From NCBI GenBank assembly GCA_045588165.1, contig JAZNDP010000039.1:1-50509 (forward strand): DNA of 50,509 nucleotides, read 5' to 3'. Below, one piece after another: positions 26,728 through 35,646 of this stretch (position 1 is the stretch's first letter; each line of letters starts with the position of its first letter). The DNA is from Eubacteriales bacterium. Its GTDB lineage: Bacteria; Bacillota; Clostridia; Oscillospirales; CAG-272. Made by a program: the position numbers and the translations under genes. Below the pieces are notes generated by a model that was not told where the DNA came from, made no database searches, and saw nothing but the letters and a program-made list of their open reading frames with translations.

Positions 26728-29700
26728 ATGGAGAAAAAATGGACTCCCGCCCAAAGCGCGGCTATGAACATACGAAACAAGACCCTTCTGGTCAGCGCTG
26801 CGGCGGGCTCGGGAAAAACCGCTACCCTGACCGAACGAATTATCCGCAGTCTGACCGATCCGTCTCATCCCTCCGACATCTCAAAAATGCTCATCGTTAC
26901 CTTTACCAGAGCCGCCGCGGAGGATCTGAAGAACCGAATTTTTTCCGCTCTCGGACGGGCGTTGGCAAGGGATCCCTCCAATCGCCATCTGAACACCCAG
27001 CTCGTCAAGCTGGGAAGCGCCAGAATCTGCACCATTGACTCCTTTTATCTGGATCTGGTCCATTCCCATTTTTCCGATCTGGGAATTCCCGCGTCCTTGC
27101 GGATTGGAGACGGTGTGGAGCTGGAGGTGCTGAAGAGGGCAATCATGGAGGAGTCCGTGGACTTTTTCTACGATACGGATGAGCAATTTCCCGCCTTTGC
27201 GGAATGCTTCACGGCTACGAGAAGCGCAGACCGTCTGACGGATATTTTACTGGCTCTCTATACCTCGGTCTCCTCTGTGCCGGAGGGCATCGAATTTTTG
27301 CGGATCAATGCCGAGCAAACAAAGTGTCACGCAGATCGGCACGATGACTTTTTCTCCACCGCGTACGGCGCCGTTTTGCGCTCCAGAGCCATCGATCGGG
27401 TCCAATACTGCTATTCTATTTTTGAATCCGCCTGCCGGTATCTGTCTCTCTCGGAGGAGCATGCCAAATGCTTGCTTCCCTCCTTTGAGCATGATCGGAT
27501 CTTTTGTCTCTCCCTCTTGGACGCCTTACGCGACGAAGGGGCGGGATATCATCGGACCAAGACGCTGCTCGAATCCTTCAAGCCCCTCACCCTCAAGCGC
27601 ATGAGCGCAGATTTTGCCACGGAGGAGAGTGAGGAGTACAAGAAGCTTCGTACGGGTCTACACAAGCAAATTCGGGATCTTGCCCAAAAATCCTTTTCCA
27701 AGGATGAGGACTCCATTATCCGAGCCATGGCGGACACCGCAAGGTACATCGATCTGCTCCGTCGGGTATTGACGCACTTTGAGACGGCATACACCGAGGA
27801 AAAATTGAGACGCGGCGTCATGGAATTCAATGATGTCCGCCGCTTGACTCTGCGGCTTTTGGTGGATCAGAACGGAGATCCCACCCCCATCGCCAAGCAG
27901 TACGCCCGAGAATTTACCGATATTTACATCGACGAATATCAGGATGTGGATCGGGTGCAGGACATGATCTTCCGCGCCATTTCCTCCCCCACCAACCGCT
28001 TTATGGTTGGAGATATCAAGCAAAGCATTTACGGGTTCCGCGGTGCCGAGCCGCAGGTGTTTGCCGACTATCGGTCCGGCCTCCCGAATCACGAGGAAGC
28101 GGATGGCTCCGATGGTGCCACCGTGTTTATGTCCGAAAACTTCCGCTGTGACCAGTCTATCATCCGCTTTACCAATCTGATTTGCTCCCGCATGTTTTCT
28201 GCCTGCGCGGAAAGCATCGGGTACTGTGAGGACGATGATCTCGTTTTCTCAAAGCATAATCCACCGGAAGACTATCAAGCCACACCCGCGGAGGTGGTCG
28301 TTCTTTCCACGGCAGTCTCTGATACGGAGCTTGTATCAGAGGAGAATGAGGACAAGGAACCGCCCGAAAAATTTGAAATCGAAGCAGCGTATATTGCCGC
28401 GGAGATTCACCGTTTGATCACCGAGGAGCACAAGGCAGACGGAACTCCCATTTTTCCCGGTGATATCGCCGTTCTGTTCCGCTCCAGACGGATCAGTTCC
28501 TATCTCGTTGAGGCGCTGAAGGAATACGGCATTCCTTCCTCGGAAAGCGACGGAGACCGCTACTTTGAAAACCCTGACGTTCTGATGGTACTGTGTCTGT
28601 TGAACACCATCGACAATCCCCATCGGGACATCTTTTTGGCGGGAACGCTCCGTTCTCCCATCTTTGGGTTTTCCATGGAGGATCTGATTCTCATCAGACA
28701 GGGCTGTGACGATTCCTATTCGCTATACGACGCTCTCCTTTCCCGTGCGGAGGGGGAGGATCCTCTGGCTGACAGGTGCCGCGAATTTGCCGAAATTCTG
28801 AATCGGTACAGACAGGGCGCAATGGCCCTCCCCGTAGACCGTTTTCTACGAACGCTCTTTGAGTCCGACCGCTTTATTGCCTCGGGGCTTGTCAGCGACC
28901 GCACCGAGAGCGGCGACGGAGGAAATCTTCTTCAACTTTACGAATACGCCAGAACCTTTGAGGCGGGATCTTTCAAGGGACTTTATAATTTCATTGAATT
29001 CATCAATACCGTGATTGAGGAAGATAAAAAAATGAAGGTTCCTCCCAAAGGGACCTCTCCCGACCGTGTCAATCTTATGACCATTCACCAGTCAAAGGGA
29101 CTGGAATTCCCCGTTTGCTTCATTTGCGGCGCGGGGGGCAGGTTTAACCGAGAGGATCAGAAAAACAGTCTGCTGTACGAATATCCCATTGGCGTTGCCA
29201 TGAAGCTTTCCGACAGCACGGGATTCGCAAGGATCAATACACCCCTGCGAGAAGCGCTTGCCGCAAACAACGCCATTCGTCAAAGCGAGGAGGAAATGCG
29301 AGTACTCTACGTGGCGCTGACCAGAGCCAGAGAACGGCTCTACGTCACCGCAACGAGCAAAGAGTCTCCCGAAAAGCTGATGGCAAAAGCAGCCTCTCGC
29401 GCAAAATTCTCCGGACGCTATACACTCCTTTCCTGCAGCTCTTATCTGGACTGGATCCTGATCCCCCTTGCTGATCCGTCCTCGGAAAAAGATTTCTGGC
29501 GCCTCAGCTTCTATTCAGCGGAGGAATTGCCTCGGTACTCGATTTCGTCATCGGAGGAAAATTTGATTCAAGCGCAGCAGGAGACTCCGCACCTTTCGGA
29601 CAGAGCACTTTACGAGGATTTAAAGGAGAAATTCTCCTTCCGTTACCCTTTTGCGGATTTTCGTCGTATTCCCGCAAAAATGACGGTCTCCCGTCTGTCT

Positions 29701-30393
29701 CCCAACGTTCTGGATGAAAACGACACCTCCGTAGAGTTGGTTCAGGAACAGAAAAAAAACGCTGTGCCCGACTTTTTCATAACGGGAAAGCCCTCTCGCG
29801 CCAGCGCCGCCGAACGGGGTACTGCCACCCATCTTTTCCTCCAATTCTGCGATTTTCCGAACGCAAAAAGGAAGGGTGTCAAGGAGGAGCTGGAGCGTCT
29901 TGTCGAAAAACAATTTCTCCCCCGTAATCTGGCAGATCTTGTCTACGTGGAGGAGTTGGAGAAATTCCTTGGTGGCGAACTGATGGCAAAGATCGAGGAG
30001 GCAAAAGAGATCATTCGGGAGCAACGCTTCAATCTCTTCCTGTCCCCCGAGCACCTCACCTGTGACCCTGACCTTCGGAGATTGCTTCGTGACGAGCAAA
30101 TGGCAGTTCAAGGAGTTGTGGACCTTGTTCTGGTTGATTCCGACGGACATCTCGGTTTATACGACTATAAAACCGACCGTCTCAGTACAGAGGAGCTAAA
30201 GGATCCGTCTCTTGCCGCCAAGCGGATCAATGAGCGTCACGGATTACAGCTTTCTTATTACGCCAAAGCGGTTTCTGTGCTGTTTGACCGCCCCTGCGAC
30301 CGTGTTTGCGTGTATTCCACCCATGCGGGACGGCTATTCGACATCGATCTGCTCCCGCTGACCGTTCCGGAAAAACTCATCGACACGCTTTGA
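26728..30393 (+). CDS. addA: ATP-dependent helicase/nuclease subunit A
   Basis: SAAAGSGKT, TFTRAAA, DEYQD, VGDIKQSIYGFR, TIHQSKGLEFP, YVALTRA, QGVVDL..DYKTD; GGAGG RBS. Confidence 0.96.
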   Translation: MEKKWTPAQSAAMNIRNKTLLVSAAAGSGKTATLTERIIRSLTDPSHPSDISKMLIVTFTRAAAEDLKNRIFSALGRALARDPSNRHLNTQLVKLGSARICTIDSFYLDLVHSHFSDLGIPASLRIGDGVELEVLKRAIMEESVDFFYDTDEQFPAFAECFTATRSADRLTDILLALYTSVSSVPEGIEFLRINAEQTKCHADRHDDFFSTAYGAVLRSRAIDRVQYCYSIFESACRYLSLSEEHAKCLLPSFEHDRIFCLSLLDALRDEGAGYHRTKTLLESFKPLTLKRMSADFATEESEEYKKLRTGLHKQIRDLAQKSFSKDEDSIIRAMADTARYIDLLRRVLTHFETAYTEEKLRRGVMEFNDVRRLTLRLLVDQNGDPTPIAKQYAREFTDIYIDEYQDVDRVQDMIFRAISSPTNRFMVGDIKQSIYGFRGAEPQVFADYRSGLPNHEEADGSDGATVFMSENFRCDQSIIRFTNLICSRMFSACAESIGYCEDDDLVFSKHNPPEDYQATPAEVVVLSTAVSDTELVSEENEDKEPPEKFEIEAAYIAAEIHRLITEEHKADGTPIFPGDIAVLFRSRRISSYLVEALKEYGIPSSESDGDRYFENPDVLMVLCLLNTIDNPHRDIFLAGTLRSPIFGFSMEDLILIRQGCDDSYSLYDALLSRAEGEDPLADRCREFAEILNRYRQGAMALPVDRFLRTLFESDRFIASGLVSDRTESGDGGNLLQLYEYARTFEAGSFKGLYNFIEFINTVIEEDKKMKVPPKGTSPDRVNLMTIHQSKGLEFPVCFICGAGGRFNREDQKNSLLYEYPIGVAMKLSDSTGFARINTPLREALAANNAIRQSEEEMRVLYVALTRARERLYVTATSKESPEKLMAKAASRAKFSGRYTLLSCSSYLDWILIPLADPSSEKDFWRLSFYSAEELPRYSISSSEENLIQAQQETPHLSDRALYEDLKEKFSFRYPFADFRRIPAKMTVSRLSPNVLDENDTSVELVQEQKKNAVPDFFITGKPSRASAAERGTATHLFLQFCDFPNAKRKGVKEELERLVEKQFLPRNLADLVYVEELEKFLGGELMAKIEEAKEIIREQRFNLFLSPEHLTCDPDLRRLLRDEQMAVQGVVDLVLVDSDGHLGLYDYKTDRLSTEELKDPSLAAKRINERHGLQLSYYAKAVSVLFDRPCDRVCVYSTHAGRLFDIDLLPLTVPEKLIDTL

Positions 30394-30419
30394 CAAAAAT
30401 TTGTCCTGATGAATATCCT
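30393..30419 (+). promoter_or_regulatory. sigK/sigE-like mother-cell promoter
   Basis: ACA-16-AATATCCT resembles the sigK consensus mACa-N16-CATAnnnT (one mismatch); no sigA promoter seen. Confidence 0.35.
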
Positions 30420-30480
30420 TGTAAAGAGAGGTAGCCAAAATGAGCTATGCCTCTTAATTCCATTTGAACAGGAGATATTC

Positions 30481-31344
30481 ATGGCAATTATTGAAAATTT
30501 TGCAACGGTTCGTTACACCTCCGGCGGTGTAACGAATACCGCTGTTTCCAATCTGGCAGAGGTTGAGCTGGAGGCGTCGGTTACTCTGGGCAAGACTTCT
30601 TTGGGGAACACCTATGAGGATTCTTCCCTTCTCACCTACGTGCTGACCATTCAAAACACCTCCGGCGCTCCCCTGACCAATCTTCGCATTGAGGACGATC
30701 TGGGCACCTTTCTCGCCGACACCTTGGAGCTGACACCCCTGACCTATGGCGGGAATGCGATTCTGCTGATCAACGGTCAGGATACAACCGTCCAGCTTAC
30801 CGTGGACGCCTCTCAACCGTCCCTCCTCGTCTTTACCATTCCCTCCTTGGCCACCGGGGCAACCGCCAATATCGTATACGATGCCCGAGTCAACAATTTC
30901 GCGCCTCTTACCCTTGACTCGTCCATCGTCAATACGGCAACCCTTTCCGCAGATACGGAGTGCGAGTCCGCTACCGCCTCCGAAACCGTAACCGTTGAAA
31001 ATGGTGCTAATGTCAGTGTATTCAAACAGATGTCGCCCAATCCTGTGGTATGCGGCGATTCCCTGTCCTATCTGATCCGTATTTCCAATTACGGAAACTC
31101 GCCCGCAGAGGACGTTCAGATTACGGATGCCTTTGATCCTGCGCCCGACAATATCACGATAACGAGAAACGGCATTCCCCTTGTTGCAACCGACTACACC
31201 TACGTGAACGGAGTTCTCACTCTTCCGCCCGACGGAAGACCCGGCGACACCGTTCCCGCCGCTACCTTTACAAGAAATCCCATCACGGGCGAGGTAACGA
31301 CAACTCCCGGAATTGTAGAATATATCATCACGGGAACGATCTAA
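30481..31344 (+). CDS. Tandem DUF11-like (conserved repeat domain) beta-rich protein, no signal peptide
   Basis: Two repeats: LGKTS..LLTYVLTIQNTSGAPLTNLRIEDDL and VFKQMSP..GDSLSYLIRISNYGNSPAEDVQITDAF; Thr-rich; AGGAG RBS. Confidence 0.8.
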   Translation: MAIIENFATVRYTSGGVTNTAVSNLAEVELEASVTLGKTSLGNTYEDSSLLTYVLTIQNTSGAPLTNLRIEDDLGTFLADTLELTPLTYGGNAILLINGQDTTVQLTVDASQPSLLVFTIPSLATGATANIVYDARVNNFAPLTLDSSIVNTATLSADTECESATASETVTVENGANVSVFKQMSPNPVVCGDSLSYLIRISNYGNSPAEDVQITDAFDPAPDNITITRNGIPLVATDYTYVNGVLTLPPDGRPGDTVPAATFTRNPITGEVTTTPGIVEYIITGTI

Positions 31345-31384
31345 AAAAAAGACCGTCTCTGCCATGGCAGAGACGGTTCTTTTC
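31343..31384. terminator. Bidirectional terminator
   Basis: AAAAAAAG-ACCGTCTCTGCC-AT-GGCAGAGACGGT-TCTTTT. Confidence 0.85.
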
Positions 31385-31400
31385 ATTTCGTAATCATCAG

Positions 31401-33050
31401 TCAGTTTTCCTGACGAAGAGCGCGAAGTCGTTTCATCACGTCGTTCTCGCCTCGTCCGAAGTAGTCGTGGAGTTGACGGTATTCCTGATACAGCCGATCA
31501 TAAATTGCCACGTTACTCGGTATAGGCTCGTAGTTTTTCCCCTCCCGAACGGCAAGGGATTCTGAAGCGAGGGACAGATCGGGATACGCGCCTGCGGCTA
31601 CCGCGGCATAGATGGCGCTTCCGCGAGAAGAAGACATGGGAGCGTTGGGAACGGTAATGGTGCGACCCAAAACATCCGCATAGATCTGCATGGTCATATC
31701 ATCCTTTTCCGCAATTCCTCCCCCCGCCATGATTCGCGCGGGAGAAATCCCCGCCTCCTCAAAGGTTTCCAGAATCATACGGGCGCCATATGCGGTTCCT
31801 TCAATAAGAGCACGGTATATCTCCTCCGGTTTTGTTTGAAGGGTCAGACCGAGAATCATTCCGCTCAAGGAGGCATCAGTCAGAACACTGCGGTTTCCGT
31901 TAAACCAATCCAACGCTAACAATCCGCTCTCTCCGGGGGAGAGTGTCTGCGCCTTGGCACGAAGAAAATGGTGAAATCCCATTCCGGATTCCCTTGCTTC
32001 TTCCGCATATTTTGCGGGCAAGCATTGCTTGACAAACCAGTCAAAATGGTCGCCGCAACAGATCTGACCCGCCTCATAGGTATAATATCCCGGAACCACG
32101 CCGTCCTTCACAACGCCACAAATTCCCCTGATTTCTCTTTTTTCCTTGGAGTGGATCATCTGTACGCCGGAGGTACCAAGGATCAGAAGCATATTTCCCT
32201 CATCCACAAGTCCTACGGCGGGCATTGACGCGTGGGCATCCAAAACAGGCATCGAAACGGGTGTTCCGACCAAAAGTCCCGTCAATGCCGCCCCCTCCTC
32301 GCTCAATCTGCCGGCGATCTGACAAATCGAATTGGTATCGGAGGGCATTTTATTCCCAATGAGATCTCTCATTTTCGGATCTAACGCCTCAAAATAATCC
32401 GCCGACGGGAATCCGTCCTCCTCATTCCAAAACGCTTTATATCCCGCAAAGGGCGCGCTTTGGGTAAGACAGCCCGTCAATCGGTAAGAAATCCAATCCG
32501 CCGTTGTCATAAACCGAGCGGTCCTCTCGTATATCTCGGGCGCTTCATTCAGGATTTGCCATATTTTGGGGATCATCCACTCGCAGGACACCTTTCCTCC
32601 GTATCGCGCAAGCCACCTCTCCCCTCTCTCCTCCGCGATCCGAGTTGCCATCTCCGCTTCCTCGGTCGCCGTTTGATGCTTCCAGAGCTTGACGTAAGCG
32701 TGGGGCGCCTCCTGATATTCCTCCATCAGGCACAGAGGATCGTATCCTTCGTCCACGGGCAACATGGTACACGCGGTAAAATCAAAGCCAAGTCCGATCA
32801 CCTCATCGGGAGCGATTCCCGACAGAGACAAAAGCTCGGGAACCGTATGACGCAAGGTCTGAATATAGTCCTGCGGATGCTGGAGAGCGCTCCCCCGCGG
32901 CAACGCTGTCCCACACGGCAGCTGCTCATCCATCACACCGTGAGGATAGTCATACACCGAGGAGGCAACGATCTCTCCCGTATCGACATCAAGCATAACG
33001 GCGCGTCCCGACAGAGTACCGAAATCAATTCCTACCGTATATCGTCCCAT
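31401..33050 (-). CDS. araB: Ribulokinase (FGGY family)
   Basis: GIDFGTLSGRA, LQHPQDY, DFTACT, YVKLWKH, YEAGQ, LDWFNGNRS; GGAG RBS before MGRYT. Confidence 0.88.
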   Translation of the reverse strand: MGRYTVGIDFGTLSGRAVMLDVDTGEIVASSVYDYPHGVMDEQLPCGTALPRGSALQHPQDYIQTLRHTVPELLSLSGIAPDEVIGLGFDFTACTMLPVDEGYDPLCLMEEYQEAPHAYVKLWKHQTATEEAEMATRIAEERGERWLARYGGKVSCEWMIPKIWQILNEAPEIYERTARFMTTADWISYRLTGCLTQSAPFAGYKAFWNEEDGFPSADYFEALDPKMRDLIGNKMPSDTNSICQIAGRLSEEGAALTGLLVGTPVSMPVLDAHASMPAVGLVDEGNMLLILGTSGVQMIHSKEKREIRGICGVVKDGVVPGYYTYEAGQICCGDHFDWFVKQCLPAKYAEEARESGMGFHHFLRAKAQTLSPGESGLLALDWFNGNRSVLTDASLSGMILGLTLQTKPEEIYRALIEGTAYGARMILETFEEAGISPARIMAGGGIAEKDDMTMQIYADVLGRTITVPNAPMSSSRGSAIYAAVAAGAYPDLSLASESLAVREGKNYEPIPSNVAIYDRLYQEYRQLHDYFGRGENDVMKRLRALRQEN

Positions 33051-33067
33051 GGTATACTCCTTTCCCA

Positions 33068-33811
33068 TCAGCGGAAAGGTGAGAAATCCTCCCTCATCAA
33101 GGAGGTTCTTACAATCGAATAGTATTCCCTTGTGGGGTCTCCCTGCAGGATCCCGTTTTTCAGCTTCAGCGCCGTGATCAGCATCTCGGGATTCAGATAT
33201 TCTCCCACCGTTGCTCTCAGGACGGTCCGAATTTTTACACTCCCCTCCTTCTCATCGAAGGAAAACTCCGCCGAATGGATCAGAGGAACGATATCAATTT
33301 CCTTTTCTCCCGACTTGGTCTTTTTCGTCAGCATCAGGGGAGAGACAGAAAGGGTATGGCGAAGCCCCTCCACGTCCGCCTCCGTGATGCCCTCGGAGTG
33401 GAGCTCCAGCTCGTAGGACGCCCAAGCGATTTCGGAGAAATCACTCTTGGGCACGTAGGCACTCTCGATCTGAAGCTCCTCCGTCAATTCCCCGTTGAGC
33501 CGCTCCTTGATCTCCTCGCAATCCATCTCCCGATCGATCCGAATATCCAAAAACTCGTACACGCTCTGGGCGCCTACGCTCAAAGGAGTGGAAAATACAA
33601 GCTTTGCGTGGGGATTGAAGCCCTTGGTATACCACGCGGGAATACAGGCGCGGGTAATCACGCGGTTAAAGGTCCGCTGCACGTCCAAATGAGAAATATA
33701 CTGCAGGCTTCCAACCTTTCTGAATTTCAGTCGAACGGTGCGGGGGAGCTCCAGCTCGGGCAGAGACAGCAACCGCTTCCGTTCCGTTAATTTTTGACCT
33801 TGGGACAGCAT
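33068..33811 (-). CDS. Radical SAM-linked protein (TIGR03936/DUF2344 type)
   Basis: RLKFRKVG..YISHLD..R, GFNPH, LSVG..S..E; overlaps the radical SAM gene. Confidence 0.9.
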   Translation of the reverse strand: MLSQGQKLTERKRLLSLPELELPRTVRLKFRKVGSLQYISHLDVQRTFNRVITRACIPAWYTKGFNPHAKLVFSTPLSVGAQSVYEFLDIRIDREMDCEEIKERLNGELTEELQIESAYVPKSDFSEIAWASYELELHSEGITEADVEGLRHTLSVSPLMLTKKTKSGEKEIDIVPLIHSAEFSFDEKEGSVKIRTVLRATVGEYLNPEMLITALKLKNGILQGDPTREYYSIVRTSLMREDFSPFR

Positions 33812-35646
33812 GTGCGCTCACCTCCCAGCTTATTTGCTCCGCATCCGCTACACTTTTCACGGCAATTGGGAGTAGTAGACTCCGCATAGGCGCGATCGTG
33901 CTCTCTGCGCAAAAATTCCTTGCTGACACCGCAATCGATAATATCCCAAGGCAGCACCTCGTCAAGACCATATTTGCGGTTCGCATAGAAGGCAGGATCC
34001 GCTCCCGTTCTTTCCAGAACCGAGATCCAGCGATCGTAATCAAAGCACTCATCCCACGCGTCAAACATAAATCCCTCACGGCAGGCAAGCCCCAGAGCGG
34101 GGGCGAGACGGCGGTCTCCCCGCGCCAACACCGCCTCAATTCGGCTGACCTTGGCATCGTGGTGGGTATAGCGGATCTTCTTATCGGTAATCAGGCTTCC
34201 CAGATACTCCTGTTTCTCCGCCAGCATCTCCAGGGTATCCTGCGCTTCCCACTGGAAGGGGGTGAAGGGCTTGGGGATAAAGCAAGAAACGCTGATGGTC
34301 ACCTGAGGCTTTTTCGTCCGATTACGGTTGGGACAACGGTAATATGCGTCGACGACGTGAGAAGCAAGCTCCGCGATACCGGCAAGATCCTCATACGTCT
34401 CGGTGGGAAGTCCTGACATGAAGTAGAGCTTCACCGTATTTTTTCCCGCCTCAAACGCAACGTTCACCGCGCGAAGGAGATCCTCCTCCCGCACATTTTT
34501 GTTGATCACGTCCCGCAGTCTCTGACTTCCCGCCTCGGGCGCAAAGGTCAGCGAGGAGGACCGAACCGATGCGATCTTATCCATCAATTCCTTTGTAAAG
34601 CTATCCACTCGCAAGGAGGGCAAGGACAGGCTGACCATATTCTCATCCGTCCATTCGAGAAGTTTAGTTGTCAGCTCCTCCAGATGAGTATAATCGCTGA
34701 TGGACAGCGAGGTCAGGGAGATCTCGTCATATCCCGTGGACTCAAACAGGCACTTTGCCTGTTCGTTCAATACCTCGGGGGATTTTTCCCGTACAGGACG
34801 GTAGATAATCCCCGCCTGACAGAAGCGACAGCCGCGGATACAACCGCGGAACACCTCCAACATCACTCGGTCATGAACGGTTTCAATATAGGGCATGACC
34901 ACCTCCTTCGGGAAGAAGGCGGTATCCATATCCTTCATGATCCGCTTGGTGATCTTTTGGGGAATATCATCGTAAATCGGCGTATATTCCCGAATGGTTC
35001 CATCCTCATGGTAGCTGACACGGTACAGGGAGGGCACGTAGATTCCCTCGATCGTTCTCGCCGCCTCATGGAGATACTCCGCCTTGGTGTATCTTCCCTC
35101 CTCCTTCATACGGATATACAGACGGCACAGCTCGGGCAGCATTTCCTCCCCTTCTCCGATGTTGAACAGATCGAAGAAATCAGCAACGGGCTCGGGGTTA
35201 TAGGCGCAGGGACCTCCTCCGATAATCAGAGGATAGCTGTCATCCCGATCCTTCTGCCACAGGGGAATATTGGCGAGATCCAGCATGTTGAGAACGTTGG
35301 TATAGCTCATTTCATATTGCAGAGTAAAGCCGATCATATCAAAATCGGTCAGAGGATCTCCGCTCTCACAGGCACACAGAGGAATGTTATGCTTTTTCAT
35401 CTGCTCCTGCATGTCGATCCACGGATCGTACACCCGCTCGCACCATACGTCCTCCTCCCGGTTCAGGACACCGTAAAGAATCCGAATTCCAAGATTGGAC
35501 ATTCCGATCTCATAGGTATCGGGAAAGCAGAAGGCAAATCTTGCCTTTACTTTGGATTTATCCTTTATAATCTGGCCGTATTCTCCGCCGGCATACCGTC
35601 CCGGCTTTGAAACAGCCTTTAAAATCGTGCTGATGTTTTTATTCAT
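33787..35646 (-). CDS. B12-binding radical SAM protein (TIGR03960 type)
   Basis: KPGRYAGGE, FPDTYEIGMSNLG, RGCIRGCRFCQAG (CxxxCxxC), FAPEAGSQRLR, C-terminal CREKCSGCG. Confidence 0.93.
   Translation of the reverse strand: MNKNISTILKAVSKPGRYAGGEYGQIIKDKSKVKARFAFCFPDTYEIGMSNLGIRILYGVLNREEDVWCERVYDPWIDMQEQMKKHNIPLCACESGDPLTDFDMIGFTLQYEMSYTNVLNMLDLANIPLWQKDRDDSYPLIIGGGPCAYNPEPVADFFDLFNIGEGEEMLPELCRLYIRMKEEGRYTKAEYLHEAARTIEGIYVPSLYRVSYHEDGTIREYTPIYDDIPQKITKRIMKDMDTAFFPKEVVMPYIETVHDRVMLEVFRGCIRGCRFCQAGIIYRPVREKSPEVLNEQAKCLFESTGYDEISLTSLSISDYTHLEELTTKLLEWTDENMVSLSLPSLRVDSFTKELMDKIASVRSSSLTFAPEAGSQRLRDVINKNVREEDLLRAVNVAFEAGKNTVKLYFMSGLPTETYEDLAGIAELASHVVDAYYRCPNRNRTKKPQVTISVSCFIPKPFTPFQWEAQDTLEMLAEKQEYLGSLITDKKIRYTHHDAKVSRIEAVLARGDRRLAPALGLACREGFMFDAWDECFDYDRWISVLERTGADPAFYANRKYGLDEVLPWDIIDCGVSKEFLRREHDRAYAESTTPNCREKCSGCGANKLGGERTCCPKVKN

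Noticed and set aside
23415-30393. Helicase + PD-(D/E)xK nuclease pair as an anti-phage defence system
   Set aside because: Motifs, sizes, order and the Fe-S staple match housekeeping AddAB
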